Below are positions 8,684 to 18,485 of a DNA stretch of 64,000 bases, piece after piece; position 1 is the stretch's first letter, and each line of letters begins with the position of its first letter. Source of the DNA: an uncultured Gammaproteobacteria bacterium (GTDB lineage: Bacteria > Pseudomonadota > Gammaproteobacteria > SZUA-229); contig CBFCZV010000005.1 in NCBI GenBank assembly GCA_965602855.1, positions 9,559-73,558 of the forward strand, given 5' to 3'. Under the pieces are notes generated by a model. It was not told the origin of the DNA and did not search any database. It saw only the letters and a list, made by a program, of their open reading frames with translations. The translations under genes were made by a program, and so were the position numbers.

Positions 8684-11600
8684 ATGATGTTCAAACCAAG
8701 GACTTGGTCTCTAGTAGTCAGTAATAAGAGAGTGGTAATGGTTGATTCAGGTAAGTCCAGTACAAATGATAAATTATCAGCTTTACAGGCTGAGTTTCAT
8801 AAACAGCTGCCAGTAACGATAGCTGAGATTAAACAGCAGTGCGCGCGCTTATGTCAGCGTGAAATGTCACGTGACGATATCGTTGGTCTGCATGTTATGT
8901 TTCATGGTTTGACGGGTAGTAGTGGCGTTTTTGGTGCAACATCGGTTGGTACTATCTCGTCTGATATTGAAGGCTTGCTTAAGAAAAAGACTAACGCATC
9001 GGTGATTGATGATGTGGTGTGGCAAAAAATTGATGTGTTGATCGAGCAGCTGGAACAAGCAGCAGAGGCATGGCAGCCGACCGTGATACCGTTTATTCCA
9101 CCAGTATTTAATGAACAGCCCAGAAAATCGGGTGGTGAAATGGTGTGTCTGGTTGAGGATGATGTGCTGGTTGCCAAAGATATCTCAGTTTGTCTTGAAA
9201 ATGAGGGTTACCGGGTACGGCATTTTACAATGCCAGAAGATTTTGAGTCGGCTTGTGCAGATATTCAGCCTGATGCCGTATTAATGGATATGGTGTTTGA
9301 TGGTAGCGACATGGATGGAGCCATGGCTACCCATGCTTTAAGGGAACAGCAGTTTAACTGTCCGGTTATTTTTATTTCTGTTCATACTGATTTTGAATCA
9401 CGTCTAGCAGCTACACGTGCTGGTGCCACTCGTTATTTTACCAAGCCATTAAATAAGGGAAAACTGGTGCGAACGCTGGATGGTCTACTTAGTCAACAGT
9501 ATGAGGATCCATATCGAATTTTACTGATTGATAATGATGAGGTGTTGCTGGACTATTACGCTACTTTATTGCGTGAAGCTAATATGGTGGTTGAGACGCT
9601 GAAGAACCCACTTAAGTGTCTTGAAGTTATGGAGGATTTTAAGCCGGATCTCTTGTTGCTGGATGTCTATATGTCCGAGTGTTCAGGATTAGAGCTGGCA
9701 CAGGTTATACGTCAGGATGATGACTGGGCGCAATTACCTATTGTATTTTTATCCACCGAATCAGATTTAGACAGAAGATTGTTTGCGTTGAATCTGGGTG
9801 GTGATGATTTTCTTAATAAGTCGATAGCACCTAAACACCTGCTCAAGGTTGTTTTAGCCAGGGCGAAACATTCACGTTGGTCTGCCACGTTACATCAGGA
9901 TTTGCAGGATACATTGCGTGAAAGTGAATATAGAAATATTACGCTCGATCAGCATGCGATTGTGAGCGTCACAGACGTGACTGGTCGTATTACTTTTGCC
10001 AATGATAAGTTTTGTGAGATCAGTGAATATTCCCGTGACGAGTTACTGGGTCAGAACCATCGTTTACTCAAGTCAGGTCGTCATTCAGCAGCGTTTTTTA
10101 AAGACATGTGGAGCACGATTGCTCAGGGAAAGGTTTGGCATGGTTGTATCTGTAATCTCAGTAAAAATGGGAATGAATACTGGGTAGAGTCAACTATTGT
10201 TCCATTTCTGGATGAGCGTGGTAAACCATACCAATATGTAGCGGCGCGCACGGATGTTACGCAGATGCGTGTTAATGAAGATCGACTGAACCGAAGTCAG
10301 TCTTTTTCCAATATTGGCACATGGGATTGGGATATACAAACAGGTGGCCTGTACTGGTCAGAGCGCATTGCTCCCCTGTTTGGTTATGAGCAAGGTGAAA
10401 TTGAGCATACTTATGATAATTTTCTTGCCTCAGTTCATCCTGATGACAGGCAATATGTCCTTGATGCAGTTACTGACTGTGTTGAAAACGGTGTCAAATA
10501 CGGTATTGAGCATCGTGTTCTGTGGCCGGATGGGTCGGTGCATTGGGTGCAGGAGAGTGGTGATGTAGTTCGTGATGAAGACAACGGTAAGCCTTTGCAC
10601 ATGCTGGGCGTTGTGCAGGATATTACCCTGCGCAAGGAAGCAGAACAGGCCTTGATTGAAAGTGAAAAGCGCCTGAACCTGGCGCAACAGATTGGCAAGA
10701 TTGGAAATTGGTCGTGGGATGTGGCCAGTGGAAATATATACTGGTCGGATGAGATTTATCATATTTTTGGTTATCGGCCAGGCGAGTTTGAGCCGGACTA
10801 TGAAAAATTTACATCTGCGATACACCCTGATGATGTAGAGCGTATCAAGCAATCTGAGCAGGCTGCTTCCGAGAAAGGGGAAAAACACAGTGTCGACCAT
10901 CGAATTATATTGCCAGATGGTCGGGTGCGCTGGGTGCATGAAGAAGCCGAACCAGTTAAGAATGACCAGGGAGAGATGATTGCTCTAAATGGCACCGTTC
11001 AGGATATCTCAGATCGTATCTGGAATGAGCAGCTGCAAAAAGGTAACGGTTACGTTCTTGAGTTAATTGCGAAAGACAAACCTCTGGATGATATATTGAC
11101 AGCCATAGTCGATCACTGTGAGAAAATGTTGCCGGGAGTGTTTGGCTCTGTATTGTTGTTGGATGACACGGGTTGTTACTTGCGCCGTAGTGTTGCTCCG
11201 AGGTTGCCAGATTTCTATAGTGAGGCGATAAATGGACTTGAGATTGGGCCGAATGCAGGTTCCTGTGGTGCTGCGGCTTATACTGGTGAGCCGGTTATTG
11301 CGACTGATTTAGATACTGATCCCAACTGGGTAACCTTTAGGGAGTTAACCAGGAAAGCGGGTCTGGGCGCGTGCTGGTCGTTACCGATTCTTGCATCTAG
11401 TGGCAGTGTACTGGGTACCTTTGCCATGTATTACGCTAAGGCTAAGGAACCCGACGATAGTAGTCTTGAACTGGCTGCTGAGCTGGCCAACTTTGCAGCC
11501 ATTGCTATTGAGCAGAAACGTTCAATGAAAGCACTGGTGGACGCAAGGCAGGAAGCGGAAGAAGCCAATAATGCGAAGTCACAGTTTTTGTCCAGCATGA

Positions 11601-12736
11601 GTCATGAGTTGCGTACACCGATGAACGCCATTATCGGCTTTGGGCAATTGTTGCAGATGGATACTGATGTTCTGAATGAAATTCAACAGGATAATGTGAA
11701 TGAGATTGTTCAAGCGGGTAACCATTTGCTGACATTAATCAATGAGGTGCTGGACCTGGCGAAAGTTGAGTCTGGGCATGTTGATCTCTATATGGAGCCG
11801 GTAGTGGTTGGTGAAGTATTGGATGAGTGTCTGAGCTTGCTCATGCCTATGTCTGATGAACGAGGTCTATCGATTAAATTTATATGCAAAGGTGAGACGT
11901 TATCGCTTAAAGAGATTTGTCATAAAAACATGGAAGTGCGAGCCGATAGAACACGTTTGAAGCAAGTATTGTTTAACTTATTAAGCAATGCGGTGAAATA
12001 TAATAAGGAGAATGGTCAGATTACTATCTCCTGTGAGTTGTCTGATATAGGTTATATTCGTATAAGCATTACAGATACCGGACTTGGTCTTTCTGAAGAG
12101 AAGCAATCGCAGTTATTCACAGAATTTAACCGCCTGGGTGCAGAGAGTTCAGAAGTAGAAGGCACGGGTATTGGCCTGGTCATCACCAAAAAAATTATGG
12201 AAATCATGGATGGTAGCATTGGTGTAGAAAGTCAGTCCGGTGAGGGAAGTACTTTCTGGATTGAACTACCTCGAGACAATGTGAGCACAATTCATCATGT
12301 TGAAAAACAGGCCTCTGATGAGAAAGAATTAGTTTCGGCAGAAGAGGGGGGGCATGAATATGCATTATTATATGTGGAAGATAATCCTGCCAATTTACGG
12401 TTTGTGACGCAGTTATTGGATAGGCGCCCTAATATAAAAATGTGGGGTGCAGATGAGCCTGTGTTGGGATTTGAGCTGGCAGCCAAGCATAATCCTGATA
12501 TTATTCTTCTGGATATTAATTTACCCGGAATTAATGGATTTGAAATGCTAAAGCATTTTCGGAGTCAGGAAGAGACTAGTAAAACACCTATTGTTGCGAT
12601 TAGTGCTAATGCTATGTCGGGTGATGTTAAAAGAGGGCTGGATGCAGGTTTTGATTACTATATAACAAAGCCTGTTGATGTTAATGGCTTTTTGTCTGTT
12701 GTAGATGAAATTTTGCTGTCGATATCAAAAGATTAA
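8684..12736 (+). CDS. Unorthodox hybrid sensor histidine kinase. Domain order: N-terminal HPt, REC, REC, three PAS/PAC, GAF, HisKA, HATPase_c, C-terminal REC.
   Basis: An HPt-like helix with the conserved His is present (HVMFHGLTGSSGVFGA). Two receiver domains are present (LVEDDVL...LMDMVFDGSDMDG; ILLIDNDEV...LLDVYMSECSGLEL). PAS/PAC signatures appear at WHGCICNLSKNGNEYWVES, HRVLWPDGSVHWVQE and HRIILPDGRVRWVHE. A GAF segment precedes the HisKA H-box (SMSHELRTPMNAIIGF), and N, G1 and G2 boxes follow. The C-terminal REC is LLYVEDNPANL...ILLDINLPGINGFE. The true start may be the internal MVDSGKS near 8741. Confidence 0.9.
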   Translation: MMFKPRTWSLVVSNKRVVMVDSGKSSTNDKLSALQAEFHKQLPVTIAEIKQQCARLCQREMSRDDIVGLHVMFHGLTGSSGVFGATSVGTISSDIEGLLKKKTNASVIDDVVWQKIDVLIEQLEQAAEAWQPTVIPFIPPVFNEQPRKSGGEMVCLVEDDVLVAKDISVCLENEGYRVRHFTMPEDFESACADIQPDAVLMDMVFDGSDMDGAMATHALREQQFNCPVIFISVHTDFESRLAATRAGATRYFTKPLNKGKLVRTLDGLLSQQYEDPYRILLIDNDEVLLDYYATLLREANMVVETLKNPLKCLEVMEDFKPDLLLLDVYMSECSGLELAQVIRQDDDWAQLPIVFLSTESDLDRRLFALNLGGDDFLNKSIAPKHLLKVVLARAKHSRWSATLHQDLQDTLRESEYRNITLDQHAIVSVTDVTGRITFANDKFCEISEYSRDELLGQNHRLLKSGRHSAAFFKDMWSTIAQGKVWHGCICNLSKNGNEYWVESTIVPFLDERGKPYQYVAARTDVTQMRVNEDRLNRSQSFSNIGTWDWDIQTGGLYWSERIAPLFGYEQGEIEHTYDNFLASVHPDDRQYVLDAVTDCVENGVKYGIEHRVLWPDGSVHWVQESGDVVRDEDNGKPLHMLGVVQDITLRKEAEQALIESEKRLNLAQQIGKIGNWSWDVASGNIYWSDEIYHIFGYRPGEFEPDYEKFTSAIHPDDVERIKQSEQAASEKGEKHSVDHRIILPDGRVRWVHEEAEPVKNDQGEMIALNGTVQDISDRIWNEQLQKGNGYVLELIAKDKPLDDILTAIVDHCEKMLPGVFGSVLLLDDTGCYLRRSVAPRLPDFYSEAINGLEIGPNAGSCGAAAYTGEPVIATDLDTDPNWVTFRELTRKAGLGACWSLPILASSGSVLGTFAMYYAKAKEPDDSSLELAAELANFAAIAIEQKRSMKALVDARQEAEEANNAKSQFLSSMSHELRTPMNAIIGFGQLLQMDTDVLNEIQQDNVNEIVQAGNHLLTLINEVLDLAKVESGHVDLYMEPVVVGEVLDECLSLLMPMSDERGLSIKFICKGETLSLKEICHKNMEVRADRTRLKQVLFNLLSNAVKYNKENGQITISCELSDIGYIRISITDTGLGLSEEKQSQLFTEFNRLGAESSEVEGTGIGLVITKKIMEIMDGSIGVESQSGEGSTFWIELPRDNVSTIHHVEKQASDEKELVSAEEGGHEYALLYVEDNPANLRFVTQLLDRRPNIKMWGADEPVLGFELAAKHNPDIILLDINLPGINGFEMLKHFRSQEETSKTPIVAISANAMSGDVKRGLDAGFDYYITKPVDVNGFLSVVDEILLSISKD

Positions 12737-12768
12737 AAGAGGTTAATGATAACCATGAGTGGAAATCT

Positions 12769-13869
12769 GTGATGAGTAGCAAAATAAGTAATGAGATGAA
12801 ATCTGCCTGCGTTCTGGCTGTAGATGATGAATTGCCCAATGTTAAGTTGCTGGAAAGGATGTTATCTGCAAAAGGTTTTGAGCATATTTTGAGCACGCAA
12901 GATCCTCGTCAGGTATTAAGCCTGGTACGAGATAACGATGTGGATTTAATTTTGCTGGATATTAATATGCCGCATATGGATGGCTATGAGGTAATGGCGC
13001 AGCTTAAATCGGAGATTCCTGAAGGCGTTCCCCCTATTCTCGTATTGACTGCCCAGCATGCTCAGGATTTTCGTCAACGTGCACTGGATAGTGGTGCGCG
13101 TGATTATGTCACTAAGCCTTTTGATGCTGATGAGTTGTTCTCACGGGTAAAAAACCTGCTGGAAGTGCATCAGGCAAATAAATATATGAGTCAGCAGAAT
13201 GCGATTCTGGATGAGCGTGTTCGTCAGCGAACAGAAGAGTTGGAATTGGCGCATGAGCAGCTTCATGAAAGTCGTCTTCAGGTTGTCCGTCGCTTAGGGC
13301 GTGCAGCAGAGTACAGAGATAATGAGACAGGCCTGCATATTATTCGCATGAGTAAAATGGCTGCCTTGATCGCAAAGCAGGCTGGTATGAGTGATGAAGA
13401 ATGTGATTTGTTGCTGAATGCGGCACCCATGCATGATATTGGCAAGATTGGTATTCCTGATTATGTTTTGCTTAAACCGGGAAAACTTGATCCGGATGAG
13501 TGGAAAATCATGAAAACCCATGCTCAGATAGGTGCTGATATTCTTGCTGGTGACGATATGCCCTTGTTGAATATGGCCAGTGGTATTGCATTGACGCATC
13601 ATGAAAAATGGGATGGCAGTGGTTATCCTAATGGCCTGAAGGGTGAGGAGATTCCTCTGGTTGGGCGTATCACCGCGTTGGCTGATGTATTTGATGCGCT
13701 GACTTCTGAGCGACCCTATAAAAAAGCATGGTCGGTGGAAGATTCGGTGGCGTTGATTAAATCAGAAAGCGGCAAGCAGTTTGAGCCTGCTCTGGTTGAG
13801 CATTTTCTAACTATTCTTAATTCTATAGTTGGGATAAAAGATCAGTATGCTGAGCCGGGTGTTGCCTGA
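12769..13869 (+). CDS. Response regulator with an HD-GYP output domain (c-di-GMP phosphodiesterase, RpfG-like).
   Basis: A REC domain is present (VLAVDDELPN...ILLDINMPHMDGYE) with the phospho-acceptor Asp. The HD-GYP motifs HDIGKIGIPD and HHEKWDGSGYPNGL are present. Confidence 0.9.
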   Translation: MMSSKISNEMKSACVLAVDDELPNVKLLERMLSAKGFEHILSTQDPRQVLSLVRDNDVDLILLDINMPHMDGYEVMAQLKSEIPEGVPPILVLTAQHAQDFRQRALDSGARDYVTKPFDADELFSRVKNLLEVHQANKYMSQQNAILDERVRQRTEELELAHEQLHESRLQVVRRLGRAAEYRDNETGLHIIRMSKMAALIAKQAGMSDEECDLLLNAAPMHDIGKIGIPDYVLLKPGKLDPDEWKIMKTHAQIGADILAGDDMPLLNMASGIALTHHEKWDGSGYPNGLKGEEIPLVGRITALADVFDALTSERPYKKAWSVEDSVALIKSESGKQFEPALVEHFLTILNSIVGIKDQYAEPGVA

Positions 13870-13922
13870 TTTGAGCTGGTGGTTATTGTTTAGGTCAAAG
13901 TATTACTTGATACAATAGCGCC

Positions 13923-14885
13923 ATGTATTCTGGCACTGTTTCTATCGCGCCGATGATGGCCTGGACCGATCGTCACGCGCGTTATTTCCTTCGTTTAATT
14001 TCAAAGCACACCATGTTGTACACCGAAATGGTGACTACCGGTGCTTTGCTGCACGGCGAGCGCAGTGGTTTCCTGCGCTATCATGCCGATGAGCACCCTC
14101 TTGTTTTACAGCTAGGCGGCAGCCAGCCGGATGAATTGGCTGAATGCGCGCTAATGGCGGAAGACGTGGGCTATGATGAAGTCAATTTGAATGTCGGTTG
14201 TCCCAGTGATCGGGTAAAAAGGGGGCGGTTTGGCGCTGGTCTTATGGCTGAGCCAGAATTGGTGGCGGAGTGCGTATCGGCCATGCGTAATAGAGTGAAT
14301 ATTCCGGTGACGGTTAAATGCCGCATTGGCATCGATGATATGGATGAAGAGTCTGCACTGGATGAATTTGTCGGCATTGTTGCTGAAGCAGGTTGTGAGC
14401 ATTTTATAGTTCATGCCCGGAAAGCCTGGTTGCAGGGGCTGAGTCCAAAGGAGAATCGCAATGTGCCACCACTCCGATACGATGTGGTTTATCGGCTCAA
14501 GCAGGCAAGGCCTTCGCTACGAATCACAATTAATGGTGGTATCAAAACAGTCGATGCCATGCAGCAGCATCTCCAGCATGTCGATGCAGTGATGCTGGGT
14601 CGTGAGGCTTATCACAACCCTTATTTGATGGCACAGTTTGATGCGCAATTTTACGGTAGTGATGAAATTCCTCGTTCGAGGCAGGATGTTATTAATGCGC
14701 TGTTGCCTTATATCGAGCAGGAGCTGGCAGAGGGCACGGCTTTGCATTCGATGACTCGGCATTTGCACGGTCTGTTTCTGGGTTGTCGAGGTGCCAAGTC
14801 CTGGCGTCGATATTTAAGCGAAAATGATAATAAATCGGATGCGGGTATTGATGTGTTATTGCAAGCGCTCGAACGAGTTCAATGA
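13923..14885 (+). CDS. dusA: tRNA-dihydrouridine synthase A.
   Basis: The N-terminus SIAPMMAWTDRHARYFLRLISKHTMLYTEMVTT is highly conserved in DusA, and the TIM-barrel Dus fold continues throughout. Confidence 0.9.
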   Translation: MYSGTVSIAPMMAWTDRHARYFLRLISKHTMLYTEMVTTGALLHGERSGFLRYHADEHPLVLQLGGSQPDELAECALMAEDVGYDEVNLNVGCPSDRVKRGRFGAGLMAEPELVAECVSAMRNRVNIPVTVKCRIGIDDMDEESALDEFVGIVAEAGCEHFIVHARKAWLQGLSPKENRNVPPLRYDVVYRLKQARPSLRITINGGIKTVDAMQQHLQHVDAVMLGREAYHNPYLMAQFDAQFYGSDEIPRSRQDVINALLPYIEQELAEGTALHSMTRHLHGLFLGCRGAKSWRRYLSENDNKSDAGIDVLLQALERVQ

Positions 14886-14888
14886 AGA

Positions 14889-15893
14889 TTACTGACAATC
14901 GAAGCGGCTTTTCCAGTTAAATAGAAAGCTCACATCTGGCGTTGCGCCTACCTGAATATCCTCGCTGACGGCAATATCAAAATCTGAACAGTTGCTGACA
15001 TGAATGCTGCCACCGAAGACAATATTGTGGGCAGCGCCAAGAAGTTTTAACTGGCTGTCTGAGTAAAAGCTGCTGTGGCCATTGAACTGTATTCTCAGAT
15101 CGAATATCTCATGTGCTTGCCACTGAACACCTGCATAAGCAAAGATTACCTGATCTTCAACAGCCAGCATTGAGATCTGGCTTTCACCGGGGAATAAAAC
15201 GCCGATGTTGGTATCGACACTCCATTCGGGATGAAAGCGGTAATCGCCTGCCAGCCATAGTGAAAGGTCGCTGCTGTCGTTACCGGTCAGGCTGGATTGA
15301 TCGCCCGTGGGTAGATCGATTGAGGCCCATAAGCTGAGCGTTGAATCCTGTTGCTGAATAATATTCCTGCCGAGTGCAATCTGGATATCTCCCAGACCAC
15401 TCTCTGCTGTGTTGAGGTCAATCAGAGTCTGACCATTTTGCTCGTAGAGAATCTGGAACTGGTCGTCGGTCACATTGGGTCTGCCGGCACGGGGTAGACC
15501 AAAAAAATCGTGCCAGCTGTCGATGGTGTTGTCGAGAAAGCCTTCACCGTAATGAATCAGAGGGATGTCTATTTTCAGCGCCCAGTCTTCGTTAAGGCTG
15601 TGTAAAAAAGCAAGTCTCAGGTTATAGGACTCAAAATCAATAAACAGATTCTCATTGCTGCTGGACTCAGCGTTTAAGGTGTTGGTGATGTCCAGAGAGA
15701 GCGACCACTGTGTGGTGCGGGCTTCGGGCAGTTGAGCCGCCACTGGCTGAGGCTGCCCGTGGATCAGTGAAAAGGGGTTTTGATCCTGAGTTAAAAAGGG
15801 CTGTGCAGCGTTCGATGTTGCTGTCGATAACAAGGTCGACAAACATAAAAAAGCCCCGATGCAGAGGCTGCGACCAGGGCTTTTCTTGAACAA
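14889..15893 (-). CDS. Secreted hypothetical protein (signal peptide, possible outer-membrane or periplasmic location). Probable TTG start.
   Basis: The only in-frame start near a signal-like N-terminus is the TTG at 15893 (FKKSPGRSLCIGAFLCLSTLLSTATSNAAQP). No family was recognised. The composition is rich in beta-strand residues. Confidence 0.5.
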   Translation of the reverse strand: MFKKSPGRSLCIGAFLCLSTLLSTATSNAAQPFLTQDQNPFSLIHGQPQPVAAQLPEARTTQWSLSLDITNTLNAESSSNENLFIDFESYNLRLAFLHSLNEDWALKIDIPLIHYGEGFLDNTIDSWHDFFGLPRAGRPNVTDDQFQILYEQNGQTLIDLNTAESGLGDIQIALGRNIIQQQDSTLSLWASIDLPTGDQSSLTGNDSSDLSLWLAGDYRFHPEWSVDTNIGVLFPGESQISMLAVEDQVIFAYAGVQWQAHEIFDLRIQFNGHSSFYSDSQLKLLGAAHNIVFGGSIHVSNCSDFDIAVSEDIQVGATPDVSFLFNWKSRFDCQ

Positions 15894-15905
15894 GTTAGTG
15901 ATAAC

Positions 15906-16226
15906 TTATTTCAGGCCTGCGAAGTAAGCTGCAAGATTAGCTGCGTCAGCATCGGTTAAGTTTTTAACCATTGGCTCCATCATTGCGTTCTTGCGAGCGC
16001 CATCACGGAATGCTTTGATCTGTGCATTCAAGTAAGCTTCTTTCTGACCAGCCAGATTAGGGTAAGTAGGCGCTATGCTGATGCCTTTAGGGCCGTGACA
16101 GCCAGCACACATGCCTGCTTTAGCTTTGCCAGCGCCAGCGTCAGCCGCAGAAGCCATGTTTGTGAATGCAGCTAGTGCTACAGCAGATAATACAGTCAAA
16201 AGTTGACGTTTCATAAAGTTCTCCAA
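15906..16226 (-). CDS. Mono-haem c-type cytochrome (class I, c552/c553-like) with a signal peptide.
   Basis: A signal peptide is present (MKRQLLTVLSAVALAAFTNMASA). There is a single CxxCH motif (CAGCHGPKG) and a distal Met region (AMMEPMV). Confidence 0.8.
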   Translation of the reverse strand: MENFMKRQLLTVLSAVALAAFTNMASAADAGAGKAKAGMCAGCHGPKGISIAPTYPNLAGQKEAYLNAQIKAFRDGARKNAMMEPMVKNLTDADAANLAAYFAGLK

Positions 16227-16360
16227 GGGATTGTTGATTCCGGTAAAACCGGATATTTATAATCAAAATTCATAAAATAGATAAAAACATTTAAAAATCT
16301 ATGGTTTCGGATTCTACCTTAAAAATATAAAAGTGCCTAGTAACCATCAGGGGTGGATTG

Positions 16361-16816
16361 TTATATGTATCTACCAGCGCTAGCAACAACTGAAACTATC
16401 AATCCAATCAATATGTTAATGCCGACTAGTCGCCTTATCTTCGCTAGCTGTACACCACCTTCCTGAAAATCTTCGACAATAACAGCGTGCCTTAGTTTCC
16501 GGTAAGGCGAAAAAAATACGTGCATGAAAATCAGTATCATTACGATGCCCAGGCCATGCATGATGTGAATATGTAAGCCAACATTGCCAAAACCACCAAA
16601 AACACTGGATACCATCCAGTAACCGCTAATTAGCAGGGTGATAATGGCGACCCAGACCCAGAGAAAGAAGTTTTTAAAGACCTGCACCCAGAGGTTTAGT
16701 CGAAGAGGAGGCTCAAGCACTCGAACTGCGGCAGGGCGCAGCATCATATGGGCAAACATCATGCCGCCGACCCAGAGGATGGCAGACAGTAAGTGCAGGG
16801 CAATGCTAACGGACAT
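16361..16816 (-). CDS. Small integral membrane protein with four TM helices and several conserved His residues (HemJ/CopD-like topology). Family uncertain.
   Basis: Four hydrophobic helices are present. The ORF-track start at 16900 was trimmed to the internal ATG (MSVSIALHLLSAILWVGGMMFAH) at 16816. It lies immediately upstream of the cytochrome c gene on the same strand. Confidence 0.5.
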   Translation of the reverse strand: MSVSIALHLLSAILWVGGMMFAHMMLRPAAVRVLEPPLRLNLWVQVFKNFFLWVWVAIITLLISGYWMVSSVFGGFGNVGLHIHIMHGLGIVMILIFMHVFFSPYRKLRHAVIVEDFQEGGVQLAKIRRLVGINILIGLIVSVVASAGRYI

Positions 16817-16963
16817 TATTGAATCTCCAGTGTGTTTTTCATGCATATTATAGAGCTTTGTGAGTGATGCAAGTTCCGTGCAGTGCAAGCTAGCGGTCAA
16901 TCATGTAAAATGCGCGGCTTTCTGATGCTGTTTTTAAGAGCTTTAATTTTGTGAGGAATTACC

Positions 16964-17650
16964 ATGTCTGATTTTAAGATCGCTCCATCTATACTTTCTG
17001 CTGACTTTGCTCGTTTGGGTGAGGAAGTTGATAACGTCCTTAAATCGGGCGCTGATATCGTTCATTTTGATGTAATGGATAACCACTACGTACCTAACCT
17101 GACTATCGGGCCTCTGGTTTGTGATGCGCTGCGCAAGCACGGCGTTACTGCTGAAATCGACGTTCATTTGATGGTGAAACCTGTTGACCGAATCATCCCT
17201 GATTTTGCTGAAGCCGGTGCTTCTTACATTACTTTCCATCCAGAAGGTTCTGAGCACGTCGATCGCACACTGCAAATGATCCGTGAGCTGGGTTGTAAAT
17301 CAGGTTTGGTATTTAATCCTGCTACACCGCTGGATTGCCTGAAACATGTTATGGATAAAGTAGATGTGATTTTGCTGATGTCAGTTAATCCAGGTTTTGG
17401 TGGTCAGTCTTTCATTCCTGAAACACTCAATAAATTACGTGAAGCTCGCAAAATGATTGATGAGTCTGGTTACGACATTCGTTTAGAAATTGACGGTGGC
17501 GTGAAAGTGAATAACATTCGCGAAATTGCAGAAGCCGGTGCAGATATGTTCGTTGCAGGTTCAGCTATCTTCGGTGCGGTTGGTGAAAACGATGCCAATG
17601 ACTACGACACTGTTGTTGCTGCTATGCGCGCTGAGTTAGCTAAAGCATAA
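16964..17650 (+). CDS. rpe: Ribulose-phosphate 3-epimerase.
   Basis: [22 protein letters not shown]...[17 protein letters not shown] is the canonical Rpe sequence. Confidence 0.95.
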   Translation: MSDFKIAPSILSADFARLGEEVDNVLKSGADIVHFDVMDNHYVPNLTIGPLVCDALRKHGVTAEIDVHLMVKPVDRIIPDFAEAGASYITFHPEGSEHVDRTLQMIRELGCKSGLVFNPATPLDCLKHVMDKVDVILLMSVNPGFGGQSFIPETLNKLREARKMIDESGYDIRLEIDGGVKVNNIREIAEAGADMFVAGSAIFGAVGENDANDYDTVVAAMRAELAKA

Positions 17651-17667
17651 AGCTTTAGAGAATAATC

Positions 17668-18342
17668 ATGGCAATTAAAAAACCAGCAATGGTCTTGATT
17701 GATGTTGACGGCACGCTAGTCGATAGCGTGCCCGATCTGGCGTATTGTGTTGACGAAATGATGAAGCAACTCAATATGACAGTCTACGGTGAAGACAAGG
17801 TGCGCAACTGGGTAGGCAATGGTGTTGAGCGTTTAACGCGCCGCGCTTTGATTGGTCAGCTTGATGGCGAGCCGGATGAGGCTTTATTCGAAAAAGCCTA
17901 TCCCATTTTCCTCGATCTCTACGACAAGAACGTTTGTGAGCGTAGCTGTCTTTATGATGGCGTACGCGAAGCACTTGATTTTCTGAAAACACAGGATGTG
18001 AAAATTGGTTGTGTGACCAACAAAAACGCGCAGTTCACTTTGCCGATTCTGGAGAAACTGGGTATTAAAGATGATTTTGAAATCATCATCTGTGGTGACA
18101 CACTGGCTAAGAAAAAGCCTGACCCGCTGCCATTGTTGCATGGCGCTGAAAAGTTGGGTGCGACACCCGAGCAATCATTGATGCTGGGTGATTCCATGAG
18201 TGACGTGAAAGCGGCACGTGCTGCGGGCTTCGATATTATCTGCATGTCTTACGGTTACAATCACGGCGAAGATATTCGTGATTACAATCCTGATGCAGTA
18301 GTTGATTCCATGGCTGAGATAAAAAATATTATCAACTGGTAG
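17668..18342 (+). CDS. gph: Phosphoglycolate phosphatase (HAD family; CbbZ/Gph).
   Basis: The HAD motif I (VLIDVDGTLVDS) is present and the protein has Gph length. The rpe-gph order is conserved, as in Pseudomonas and E. coli. Confidence 0.9.
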   Translation: MAIKKPAMVLIDVDGTLVDSVPDLAYCVDEMMKQLNMTVYGEDKVRNWVGNGVERLTRRALIGQLDGEPDEALFEKAYPIFLDLYDKNVCERSCLYDGVREALDFLKTQDVKIGCVTNKNAQFTLPILEKLGIKDDFEIIICGDTLAKKKPDPLPLLHGAEKLGATPEQSLMLGDSMSDVKAARAAGFDIICMSYGYNHGEDIRDYNPDAVVDSMAEIKNIINW

Positions 18343-18374
18343 TTCTCCGCACTAACTTGCTCTATTATCTAACT

Positions 18375-18431
18375 ATGAAAATATTTTCCGAACAACAGGC
18401 GTTCAGAGGTGGTTATAGCTGGCGATGGTAA
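18375..18431 (+). promoter_or_regulatory. trpL: Candidate trp leader peptide ORF (MKIFSEQQAFRGGYSWRW), 54 nt upstream of trpE.
   Basis: An 18-codon ORF ends with Trp-Arg-Trp-stop directly upstream of trpE. No intrinsic terminator follows it (see findings). Confidence 0.35.
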
Positions 18432-18485
18432 AATTCGCTGTGCAACTGTGTATGAATACCTGTAAATCATGTTCTGGAAAATATT

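Noticed and set aside
10430-10939. The 169-aa minus-strand ORF inside the hybrid kinase gene. Similar antisense ORFs include 33511-34071, 36031-36558, 21585-22100, 36992-37477 and 39592-40077.
   Set aside because: Each is embedded antisense within a well-supported conserved gene. They have low-complexity or Cys/His/Arg-rich composition with no motifs, and are typical antisense artefacts.
18432-18485. Classical trp attenuator terminator downstream of the candidate leader ORF.
   Set aside because: I could not find a GC hairpin followed by a U-tract in the 54-nt spacer. It was therefore not annotated as a transcription attenuator.
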